This document shows, piece by piece, positions 1 through 11,341 of a stretch of 64,000 nt of DNA. Under the pieces are notes generated by a model. That model saw only the letters and a program-made list of their open reading frames with translations, was not told the origin of the DNA and did not search any database. Location: the NCBI RefSeq assembly GCF_018350175.1, contig NC_058376.1:57660001-57724000 (forward strand), in the 5' to 3' direction. The stretch comes from Felis catus. Taxonomy: Eukaryota. A program made the position numbers and the translations under genes. Within the stretch, counting starts at the first letter, position 1; the number at the start of each line of letters is the position of its first letter.

Positions 1-719
1 CTCAAATGTATTCTATGGAACTCTAGTGCCCCTACAAAAGACTTGTATATTATACAGTTAGGCTTTAGAGAGCTATGTGAAATGTACATTTTGTTTTCAT
101 TGGAGTTTTAGGAAAGAAGTTCATTTTTTCTTTTCCCTGACAGTCTCTTATCTTTAGTTCCGTAATGATTCTCAAGGGCAAGCAAGTTCTGTAAAAGAAA
201 TAAATCACCTAAATCACCTAAAATGAGCAATTTCTATTTGTTTTTACCATGATCTAGATAAAGAACATCAGCAACAACAAAAACAAATCATATGCATATA
301 CAACTAAAACATTAACACAATTACCACCAAATTTACTTATTTCAAACCCACCTCTGTTAAACCTGGATTATTGCCAACGAAATAGAACACATTTTGCCTG
401 TTGTTTTTATTTACATTGGCAGATTGGCATTGGTTCTGTTATTTTAAACAGTTTGACTTAGAGAAAACTAACTGTTACAAGGGAAAGTTTTGGGAAATAG
501 TCACTGAAAAAGTAAAGCACCAATCAAAATCCAATCAGGAACACAGGAACCATACTATGGTACTGAGGGAATTTAATAATAGGGTATTGTTACCCTATTA
601 TTGGAGAGGGTCTCCACACTCTAAAGAGGGACATTGAGGTAATCCAGTGATGTAAATTTTAAGGAGTCATTGTTACCTTTAGAGCAGGGTAAACAAAAGG
701 AAAAGGTTGGGTTATTAAA

Positions 720-1070
720 GCTCAGAGGAGGGTTTCTGTTGAGTGAGGGCTCAAACTTCTGAGCGGTGGGCACTGGCCAGTGCTGGTTCTTAGAGTATAC
801 AAGTATGAGGCTGGAACCAACCGGTGATGACAGTGAAAAGGGCTGTTACTCCTGATGGGATGCTGGTAGGAGCAGGAAGCAAACAGAAAGGAACGTCTCT
901 TTTCCCCTCTGCCTTCCACCCTCCCTCCAGGGACTTCTATTGATAGAACCCACCAGGAAGCCAGCTGGCAAGGGAGACATATAGTTTGGAGAGCCCCAGC
1001 CCCAGTATTACAAACCCAGAGTGTGGAAGGGTCAATAGGGAGTAGAGAGATGATAGCTTAATACATAGCA
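720..1070. mobile_element. Old LTR remnant, probably MaLR (MLT1-like)
   Basis: Motifs ctctgccttcc...aggaagccagctggcaagggagacatatagtttggagagccccagccccag resemble recalled old MaLR LTR ends; family not verified. Confidence 0.4.
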
Positions 1071-1179
1071 TTAGGAGTAATTAAATAGAGTCATAAGTAA
1101 TGGTCATTAATCATCTTCCAGCTTAAAAACTTCAACATGATCATATACTCCAAGACCTTAAAAATTAATAAATTAATAT

Positions 1180-1500
1180 TCTTCTGTTGAGTTTGTCTAC
1201 AATTAAACATACATTAGAATATGTTATGTCACTACATTTATCATTTAGTTGTCTGGGATGACATAAGTCTGGGACTTAGATGGCAGATATTGTTTTAGAT
1301 GTTTATGTTTCAATATAACATGTCAGATTGTGAGTGCAATGAAGGAAATAAAGCAAGTTAAGGGGGATACGAACTGGGGGTAGGGACACCTCTTTCATAT
1401 AGGGTGGTGATAGAAGATCTCAATGATAAAGTGAAATTTGAGCAAAGATCCAAAGGAAATATGAGGGAGAAAGCAGTATGAATATATAGGTGTGGGGGGG
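1180..1500 (-). mobile_element. L2 fragment
   Basis: Purine-rich gagtgcaatgaaggaaataaagc...gataaagtgaaatttgagcaaagatcc, typical of antisense L2. Confidence 0.5.
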
Positions 1501-4500
1501 ATCCTTTCAGTGGAAAACAGTTACATTTGATAAATGCAAGATTGGTGAAGATTTTGCAAGTAGGTGGACTTTTTTCTGGGTTTACAGTTTAACTATTTGC
1601 ATAGTTCTGCTTTAGAAGACTGCGATTCTAGTAGGGTGACATCAACTTATTATCAAATATAGTACCAAGTTCAAACATTCCACAAAGCATTGCTCATCTC
1701 TTCCGCTGAGGGAGAAGCTATACTTCTTCACACAGCAGGTTATAAAAAATTTGCTGATGGTGAGGGGAATAAGCTGAGTACATAATGGCCCACCTTCCCT
1801 ATAAAGTACTTTCTTTGTTTCAGAGTCAGCTATGAAATTCCAATAATAGTCTCAAACCTTTAATTTGGATTATCTGAGTAAATGTAAAATGCCCAGCACT
1901 GTACATAATTACTTCTTTGTTAAGATGTCAACCTTTGTTTTTTAGTTAAGAATTAATGAACCTCGATAATTGGCCAACAGTCTTTGAGGCAGAAAGTGGG
2001 ATGGACACCATCAATACGCTTAACCCAAAACAATGAAATCATTGTTGGCAGTAGGATCATGTTGCCTTTTGTTCAGATAATTTTCTTCTTGGAAAATACA
2101 TGCATACTTTGGATTTAATGGTGCCAGAAATATTAATAAGTTAGCTATAATTATTTCTGAACCAGTTTGTCACTCAAACAATAAAGGTGAACTTATCTGT
2201 AAAGTTAGGCAACTAAAAGGATATAAAACCCAGTAATATTCTCATGACAAAGGTTTTGTTTTTAAAGTCAACAGCAATTCTGGCCCTTGAGAGAAAATGA
2301 ACTGTACCGTACAATATAAAATCTCTTTTTGCAGCTAGTAATAATTTCCAACAGGAAGGTTTGGGGTGAGTATGTCTTCATTTGAGGACAATGTAATTTA
2401 AGACTGGACACTTAGAAAGTAGAAATTTGAGGTACCTCAGTAAATTTGTTTTTAACTTTAAAAGGAATCTTGAGGGGTCAGTGGGCCAACTGGAAGGCAA
2501 GAACTTGGTTCTGGCAGGAAAATCACCCCATACAGCTTACATTTTCAATTAACCTCTGTGCCTAGGTTCCTCTTTGGGAAGGGATAACAGTCATTGTTGC
2601 CTTCCATGGGAAGCCTGTACTTTGACATCCTGGCTGAAGATGTTATATCAACACAAGCGATTAACATTAGAACATAATGCATGTATGCACATAAAACACC
2701 AGCATGGTGCTCTTTTAATGCTTATATAACATCTATAAATACTGCTCTTCCATGCTCTCTCTTCACTTTAGGTCAGAGGAGAGTATAATCATAACATGTC
2801 ACTAATCCAATTTCTCAAAATATGGAGGAAATATATTTTTTAAAGCTCCGTATCATCCTTTTGAGAAGCACTAAACCTGCTAATCCCTCATGGTCTCTGT
2901 AGCAATTGCACAATGGCCCCCCATATTAAGCCTTTGGCATCTTTTCAAATGTTGGCTAAATTACTTCTCCTGGAAACTGGACCGATCATGGTAAGGCCAG
3001 TGGAATGAAATTGGCTAGCGATAGTACAATTTTGGTTGTTTAACATTTAACTGACTCTCAACAACGTGTCTAAGTGTTATCTAAACAGATAATTAGCTAG
3101 TCGCTGCACAGTGGGCTTTATCTAAATTTAGCAGTGAAATTAGGTTTAGAGAATGAGAAAATAGGAAAAGAAATTTTCTCAAGGGAAACGGTGGTGTCAG
3201 CACAGCTGAGGAATGTCACAATAGCTACATTTCGTCAATTACGATCATCATCAGGGGTTCTCCAGTAGAGACGCAGGACAAGGTTTATTCACAAGCGCAT
3301 CCTGAGGATAGGCGATGGAAAGGAGTGGCTGGAGGAGACAGGCTTACAAGGGACGACAGAGACAGGCAGAGAGAGAGAAAGAGAAGAGAAAGGGGGTGGA
3401 AGAAGAGAAGGCACTAAACCAGAGCGCTGGGAGACAGGATGGGAGGCGGAAGTTAAGAAAAAAAGAGAGGTAGGCAGGGGTAGAATGGTGTGTAGCTTTG
3501 GAGGTGAGTAAAACATTGCAAATCAGTGGGTGGAGGGTGGGGGAACCCTAGTGATGGAAGGGGCGTGCTCTTGGCGGCAGGCAAGCATTAGTTTTAGCTG
3601 CGATAGGCGGCTAAATCCTTGTTCGACTTTTTTCTTATTGGAGCCACATTTACGACTATCTGGTGGAGATGGCAGGACCTACATACAATTAGTTAATGGT
3701 ATCAGGACTGAGGACGTGTGTCTTCTGCCTCCAGCACCCCTCGGGACAGTCCAAACTGTCCACCGCCCCTGCAGAACCGCCAGGGGCTGTGGCTTCAAGG
3801 TCAGGCCACCAGGGCTGTGCGTGGCGGGTGGATGAAGAGGGCAGAGCGCGCAGCCATCTGGGGTGAGGGAGGGTCGTGGTGGATCCCAGACCTCCTAGGG
3901 CCAAATGCTTAACACTTCCCCAGGTCCCTTTACCGCGGTCAGCTCAAAGGAAAACAAGCAATGAAAATAAAATTACACGTGCGAACATGCAAATGAAACA
4001 AAACCAAAGAAAAACACCACCGCACTCTAGGCGCTCCGATGGGGGAATCCATGGCCTCCTGTTGCCAGTCGCCCGGCGAGGACAGCGGACAGCCCGGCGG
4101 CCGGAGAAGCAAGAGCGAGAAAGCAAACCTTCTGGGGGCCCCTCTCCTCGCTCGGCTCCGTTGACCCCTCCACCAAACCGCCCTCCCAAGAGAAAGGAGC
4201 AAGAAAATTGCCTGTGCAAACAAGCCTCGGAAGGCTGGGGGAAGTGGGGCTGGGAAGAAAGAAGGGATTCGGAGAGCGCCGCTGTCCCGGGAAGCAGGAA
4301 GGAGAAAGTCTCTCCTTTCAGCCCCCTGCGTCCCCGGCGAGGAGGGAGATGACTAGTTCTCCAGGCTGTGTTCAGCTTCCTAGACAGGGACCTTTAGCGT
4401 GGGCAACGGAAGGGCAGCCCATCCTGCCATTCCCTCCTCACCACTCCCCCTCCTCCTGTCCCGGCACCCCGCCAGAGGGAGAGCGCGGCCGGGGCGAGGC

Positions 4501-5104
4501 GAGCAGCCAGCACGATTGTCCCACCGCCCTCCGCCTCCGTCAGCGCCGGGGCAGCGGTGGACCCGCGAGGGGCGGAGTGGGCGAGACCATTGGAAACATT
4601 TGGAAGGGGGGACGAGGCGGGGACGAGGCAGGAACGAGGGGCGGGGCCTACTAACCTATTCCAGATTTTCCTGTCCTCTTGAAAGCCCTGCTTTGGGAGA
4701 AACCCGTTATCAAAGTGGAGAGAAGAGATTTTTTTTTTTTTTGAAGGGGGAGGAGCGTGTGTAGGAGGGCGGGGTGGGAGGAGACGCGGCTTGCAGTCGG
4801 CGATCAGACGGGAGCTGGAGTTGTGCAGGGAGGGCGGGAGAGTCCCAGCGCCGGCTCTGAGGGTCGGCTTTCTCTCCCCCTCCCGTGCGGGGCGGGGTGG
4901 TGCGTTCCGAGTTCCCAGGAGTTCGAGGCGGGCGGGTGCCGGGGGGAGGGGAGTGGCGGCGGCGGCAGCGGCGGGCGGCTCCCGCCTCAGCCTCGGCAGT
5001 GGCGTCGGCGAAGGCAGAGTCGAGGCAGCCGCGAGCGCTCGGCTGAGTGTCAGCCGGTGGCGACGGCTCAAGAACTGGGAGTTGGGGACGCGCGCGCCGG
5101 ACCT

Positions 5105-5146
5105 TCCGCCGCCGCCGTTGCCGCCGCGGCCGCTGCTGCCGCCGCC
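5105..5146 (+). repeat. Interrupted (GCC)n trinucleotide tract in the 5' leader
   Basis: ccgccgccgccgttgccgccgcggccgctgctgccgccgccc. Confidence 0.85.
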
Positions 5147-5218
5147 CAGAGCCTAAGGCGCCGGGGCCGGGGGAGCAGGGGGGGCGGGCGAGCGAGAGGG
5201 CCGGGGGGAGGGTGGGGG

Positions 5219-5378
5219 ATGGCGCGGACCCCGGGGCCGGCCCCGCTGTGTCCCGGAGGCGGCAAAGCACAACTTTCCTCCGCTTCTCCCCCCGGGGCCG
5301 GGCTCTTGCTGCCACCCCCGACGCCGCCGCCGCTACTGCTGCTGCTCTTCCCGCTGCTGCTCTTCTCCCGGCTCTGTG
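5219..5378 (+). CDS. NECTIN3: Nectin-3 exon 1 coding part (160 nt): long signal peptide MARTPGPAPLCPGGGKAQLSSASPPGAGLLLPPPTPPPLLLLLFPLLLFSRLC-G
   Basis: ATG at 5219 in strong context gggATGg; Leu-rich hydrophobic core; donor TGTG|GTAGGT at 5379; phase 1. Confidence 0.97.
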
Positions 5379-6245
5379 GTAGGTGAACCTCGGCGGCCGG
5401 CGCGGGCTGAGGGAGGCGCGACCGAGGGTCCCGGCTCCACCGCCGGTCGGCGCGGGCCGCCCTCCGGGGCGGTAAGGCGGTTGTGCTCGGCGGTTGACTG
5501 CGCTAGAGGGTGCCGCGGACTTTGGCTGGAAACTTTTCGCCGCGCCCGGGGCGAGGCCCGGGAAGGGCCGGGGCCGGCGTGTGCTGCGCCGGGCGGCCGG
5601 CCGGCCGCTCCCCTCCCCCGCTCGCCGCTGCCCGATGCCGAGTGCTGGGTGCGCGGGGAGCTCCTTCGTGTTTGCTCCGGGAACCGTTACCTCCTCGCTC
5701 ATTCGCGGAGGAAGTCGAGAGCGCGGACTTCTGGGCTGGGGCGAAGGTGCCGGGCTGCACGTTTGCCGCCTCCTTTTTTCCCTGGTGAAACTTGAGCTGT
5801 GAGTCCAGATACCTCCAGGGACCAGAGCCCGACGGGATGAAGCCGTAGGCTCCCAACCCCTCCTGGCCTCCCGCTCTGGAGAAGGCACCATGTTAGCCCA
5901 CCCTGCAGCATTCCTTACAGTTCTCTTCCGTCCTCCGGCCCGGTTCTGCCCCGGCAGCCTCTGGATCGCTTTGCATTGAGCCCGTCGCTGCCTTCCAGTT
6001 TATGGGACGTCTCTCACACTGTCCGTGTTTATTATAGCGAACGCTGTTTGTCCTCAGGACTTCGATTTGTGTGTTAAATACCTGATTGCATCGATTGTGC
6101 TCTGGCTGTTCGTATTAAAACAGACCCCACGCCTCGTCCCCTCATTTTATGTTAACAGTTTTCCTATCACATTTAGGGGCGAGTCTCTGTAAATTCTGTT
6201 CCTAGGTATCCGAGACTAGAAATCCACTTGTTATAAGGATCCTGT

Positions 6246-6268
6246 AAAAAAAAAAAAAAAAAAAAAAA
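6246..6268 (+). repeat. Poly(A)23 homopolymer
   Basis: Direct count. Confidence 0.9.
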
Positions 6269-8140
6269 TCTGGCGCCTCATTCAAGAGAGATGGACTAAG
6301 TGATCATTAATGGAAGGCGGTGATTTGGGAACGTGAGGCCACACCAGTTTGGGGGGATTAGCTTTGGCTTTTGGTAATACCGAAATACTGCAGGAAGTTA
6401 TTCATTCGAACACTCAACTTGGTGAGGAAGGTGAAGCAAAACTTAACGCTTGCGCAAAGATTAGTGTAGCTAAGACATTTTTATTGGTACATAAGGCTGC
6501 TGTTGGATCTGTGTTGAGTGGGATTGTAAATGAAACCAGAAGTTTCATTAGTGTTTATTAAAAGGAGAGATGTGTGCGGATTTCTGGGATGGTGTGATTT
6601 AGAAGAAAGAGAGTCCTGTTCCGGGAGGTGTGTCAGGGTAGTTGGTTTATGAGGGGAGGCAGAGTTTTCAAGAGATTGAGTGCCCCTTATAGGCTGAGAA
6701 TCTCCTCTACCAATTCACCACCGCGTTTCAAGCACGGTAATGAAAGTTTCTGATTTACAGGGTATAGCCTGATAAGTGGCTTGTTATCTAATCTGCATTG
6801 TTTCTGTATCTCCACTCCCCAGCTGTTTGGTTCCACAACACAATTCTTAATGCTGCTACCTCTGTAAATTGATGCAAGATTCTACGTTGAATTTGTATAC
6901 TGTTCTTTGCCATTAGGGAAGATGGTGGATTACAGTTGAGTGGGAGAAAAGTTGGAGGGGGTGTTAACAGTTTACTATCCTGATTTAGATTGTGTTAAGG
7001 ACTAAGTGAATATTATTTGTACCTCTAATAAAGGCTTATCTTGCTGAGCAAAGCCTTATAGAAGACTGAAACTAGGTGACATGTGCGTATAATCAAAGAT
7101 ACTGAATTTGAATAATAATTTCATAGTGCTTGTTCAAGGGCTTGTACAAGGGCTGATTACTTTTGAAGGAACACACGGTTTTCATGCAGAAGAAAGGTGT
7201 GTTTTTTCTTTAAATCCTTTTTGGTGATGTGCTATTGGAGGGGCTTGATATTTTTATTTAAGGTCCTAAAAATTCAAGCAGTATAGGCAAATGGACTGTG
7301 ATTTAGAGCAGGTGTAAATTCAAGTTTTTAGAGTCAATTTTGCTGGTAGTTGTAGAGACAGGCACTAGGTTTGTGTTTCTGTGCACTGTTCTTTTAAAGA
7401 GCTTCCTTTTCTGGCTTGTAGTGTTAATAACACCCTAATTTGTGAACCCTTATGACAAGTTTTTTTTTTTTTTCCATCAACCTCTCTCTATTTTAGAATT
7501 CAGTCTTTGAGTAGGGCACAGTTGTCCTGCCTTATGGGTGCTTAGTAAGTATGGAAGTAGAATTGTCTTCATGTAACCTGTTTGTTGATTTGACATTCGT
7601 AGCACTCCTTACAAGGTTTTGCGTGTACTAATGTTTGAGTAGTCAGTTTTAGAATTGAAAAGACTTTTAGGCTTTAAAGAGGTGATTATCTGATGATTTG
7701 TTAATCAGAATATTTTACTTGTTTGACACGTACAGTTTTTTTTCTTTTTGCTGCTTTTTTGGATATGCTGCTCACATGTAGCATGACCTTAACTATGCTC
7801 AACATCTGCAATGTCATCTATTAGTACAATTTTTATATCCTGTTCATGTGCTAAAACAAAACCCTTGCAACTGGTAGATTTGATATTCAGAAAGGTGTAA
7901 AAAATTACATATATTTGCTGTTTTGAGGGTGTATACTATCTGTCTTATTTGAAGAACTGAACTTTTAAAGTGAGAATTTTACAGGTTTACAAACTCTGGT
8001 TTTTTTTGTTTGTTTGTTTTGTTTTTTAAGCCTGAGAAATTCTTAGGTATAAAGGTCAAGGGGACTAGATTTACAACATCAAGTGACTTGATAAGTCCCA
8101 TTTATTTAAATCCCATTTTTCTAGAATTCCATATTTCTTT

Positions 8141-8189
8141 TTTTTTAATTGAAGTGTAGTTAACACACAGTGTTAAATTAGTTTCAGCT
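8141..8189 (-). mobile_element. 49-bp L1 3' terminus with 10-bp target-site duplication
   Basis: Reverse complement agctgaaactaatttaacactgtgtgttaactacacttcaattaaaaaa matches an L1 3' end; flanked by atatttcttt at 8131-8140 and 8190-8199. Confidence 0.75.
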
Positions 8190-8429
8190 ATATTTCTTTA
8201 TGATAGCAATATTCAGTTCATATGTGATCAGGTTTATCTCACTTTCCTTCCAACATTCTTCTTGAAAGGTAGAGACTGTTAGCAGGGGTATGGTATCAAT
8301 GAAGGAGATAATAAAGCCTGTTTGGTCTTTGTCCATTCCTATTTGAATCTAGGATTCCATGACTTTACATTTTCATCAAGGTTTTATTTAATGATAAATG
8401 ACGATAAAGAAGATCTATTATTAAATTGA

Positions 8430-8640
8430 ATCTTGAACAGCACTTTCAGTACTTACTGTATTCCTGGCACTTGATAGGCACTTGGGGACATAAAGCATGA
8501 ATAAGGCAGAGTTCTGGCTTCAAGGAGCTTACAGCATTGTGATAGACATGAAGACAATTGTTGATTATAGGACAGTCAAGTGTTTATGATAGAGATCTGC
8601 ATGAGGTACTGTGGGGTTGCCCAGAAGAGGGATTCCAAAC
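8430..8640 (-). mobile_element. L2 3' fragment
   Basis: tacttactgtattcctggcacttgataggcacttggggacataaagcatgaataaggcag, typical antisense L2 3' end. Confidence 0.55.
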
Positions 8641-8807
8641 GCGTTAGGTAAAGATAAATGTGAATTGTGAGAAGTAAAATTACTTTTTAAAATCAGTGAG
8701 GCAGATCTTAGTGAGATTAGACATTGTGGTAGGTGGTAGAAGTTTGTTCCTGTCTCTTTCTGATCTTTATTGTTTAAATACTAAATGGGCAGTTTGATTC
8801 TGAAAAA

Positions 8808-8975
8808 CAGGCTGCCACTTAATAGCTTTGTGAATTGTTGGCAAGCTATTTAACCTCATCTTTAAAAAAAAAAAGATATCATCACCTTGTGTGTAGAGTT
8901 GTTGAGAGAACTAAGTCAAAGAATAAAATAATAAAACAGTGCATGGAATATGGTAAACATTCAAGTGTTAGTAGC
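8808..8975 (+). mobile_element. MIR remnant
   Basis: ctgccacttaatagctttgtgaattgttggcaagctatttaacctc...gttgttgagagaactaa, MIR core-like. Confidence 0.55.
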
Positions 8976-10085
8976 ATTGCACATTATAAACTAACTTGCC
9001 TGGTGTTTGCCATTCTTCAGTTCTACCCTAATGTCTTGAATTGAGTTTTCAAGGTAATTAACTTAATCTATTTGCACTTCACAGCTTTTTTTTTTTTTTT
9101 GAATGTGTAGCGCAGTCAGTGCTCTTTAAATATTTGTTAAATTTGTTTCTGATAAATATTCAGAAGACCAATTCTTAGAATATGAGGATACAGTGAAATT
9201 AACTTTTGTAATTGTATGGAACCAAGTTGAATCTTCCCTTGATGATGTGGAATGCATTTTAAGATTTGGCAGTTCCCTAAGGTCACTTGGAATGTATTGA
9301 AAATGTAGAGTTGGAGAAAAGTGTCACAAGTAAGCTTCTACCTTATCAAGTTACTGATAGTATCAGGTTGGAGCCTATAATATGTGCTGCCCATATAAAT
9401 CTTTCCGCATTCTTAGCAGATATAATTGGAAAGTGAACCAAATTTAAAAGTAAGCAAAAAACCCCAGATCTTCCTTTCTTGTATTTAGCCATAGCATCAG
9501 AAATAGGAACTGGAAAAAGCTGGACAATTTTATATTTGTGTGTGCATGTGTGTATTTACTGTCTTGTTTATTTCATTATGCTTAAATATATTTAATTTAG
9601 TGATTCAGGAACTCTAATGGGCATTTTGCATTTGTATAGTTAAGAAGTTAAACTTATGACTTCTTGCCTATTATTTGAAAATTACTGAAGAGAAGCTGGC
9701 TAGGATACCTTTGTTAAAAAATAGAGTATTTTGACATTTTGTGATTTGCCCCTTTAAAATTAGAGTAAATAACATATTGTTATAGCATATTCTATAATCC
9801 ATTAAAGTCCCTATAACAGTTCATAGTAAGGACTAACTAGTTTGTGAAAGATGTGGCATTTAATTAATAATGGCTATTAATATATAAATTTAGGATAAAA
9901 TCAATCCTTAAGTTAGTAATAGAATGATTATTAAAGATGATTTTATGTTCCAAGCATTCAGGTCCAAAAATGTAAGTACATAAATGTCATACTTTTGATT
10001 ACCTTTTTATTTTTATCTAAAATTTTTTTAAGTCTTGACTATGTATCCTTCCCTGAATTTCATAAAACTTAAGATTTCTATTTTT

Positions 10086-10239
10086 TTTTAAGTTTATTTA
10101 TTTTGAGAGAGTGAAAGAGCGAGCACTTATGGGGGAGGGACAGAGAGAGAATCCCAAGGAGGCCCAGGAACCATGAGATAATGACCTGAGCTGAAATCGA
10201 GAGTCGGATGCCTAATGGACTGAGCCACCCAGGCACCCC
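10086..10239 (-). mobile_element. CAN-SINE (felid SINEC type), internally deleted
   Basis: tRNA-derived head (rc gggg.gcctgggtggctcag), (AG)n body, T-tail; TSD aagatttctattttt at 10071-10085 and 10240-10254. Confidence 0.9.
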
Positions 10240-11341
10240 AAGATTTCTATTTTTATACTAGGTTCTGACATTTAATAATTTATTTAAATAAAATTTATCC
10301 TGACTCTTTATCAAGGGTGAGCCTTAATTTTTTTCCTAAATGACTCAATTATTATACTATAGATAATTCATTTAAAACTTTAGCGAGAGCTTCCCCTTAT
10401 GACTTTGGAAACAGCCATATTGCAGGTACTGTAGTCTATTTTATACTCATGATATACTATTTTTAGTACTATTTTAATATAGTACTACACTGTTTTAGAA
10501 ACGATCTTGTATTGCATACTTAATCTCAATTTTACGTATTCTCTTTCATATAGCATACAGGGTGATTGTTTTTCTTGTAGTCCTATTTACTGCCCAACAT
10601 TCATTCTGGTAATTAAGATGAGTAGGAAAGAACTACCTGTTGCATTGTATAGATATAAACTGGAATTTGAGGCATGTGTAAAAATATGCCATCTCGTAAC
10701 TGGATTAAGTGGCTAAGAATTGGCAGTATGTCTTTCAGCACTTCAGATGATTATTTTGTAGGTGTAAGATAGTAAATTATACCTGTGGATCTATAGATAG
10801 GAAACTATTTTTTAAAAAACTTTGATTTCCTTGAACTTTAATGGCTTAGAGAAATCAAACTTGTTCTTATTTTAAATAGGTTAGCTTTGCACTGAGTGGA
10901 GGCTTTTTAAGCTCTCAGCTTAGGGTTATTCAGAAGAAATAAAGTTGAAAGGCGGTGCTATAAATCACTGTTCTCAGCTAGCCAGGGTCAGCAGAAGTAG
11001 GGTGTGCAGTTGGGTTCAAATCTTAGTTACTAGGGAATCTTTTTCAAGTAACATTCAAACAGGCTCCACTGGATTTACTGGATTGACAATTTTTGCAAGA
11101 GGGGTGGGGAGTAGAGCCTGGGGATTGGGACATTTGTAGTTTGAGAGACATCTTCAGATGATTCTTCCCTTGATGAGTGCTCTTTATTACAACATTTAAA
11201 TTTATGATTTGACCAGATGTGGTTCTTCTTCTGAAAGAAATATTCCACTCTTTTGTTTACTAATGTATCAGAAGTGCTTGGCCTATAGTAGGCACTCAAA
11301 TTTCTTTATTTCAGGAGTTTAACAGCAAAGTCAAATTTAAA

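Larger units (their letters stand above)
4020..5990. promoter_or_regulatory. CpG island / TATA-less GC-rich promoter of NECTIN3
   Basis: Very high GC and CpG density against AT-rich, CpG-depleted flanks; GC boxes (ggggcgggg ~4637-4646 and ~4879-4887); inverted CCAAT (attgg ~4589); spans exon 1. Boundaries estimated by eye. Confidence 0.9.

Noticed and set aside
4394-5891. Long ORFs on both strands of the CpG island (393 aa at 4710-5891 minus, 225 aa at 4394-5071 minus, and others)
   Set aside because: Low-complexity Arg/Pro/Ala/Gly translations are expected from stop-poor GC-rich DNA; no recognisable domain. Only the 5219-5378 segment is supported by splicing and homology.
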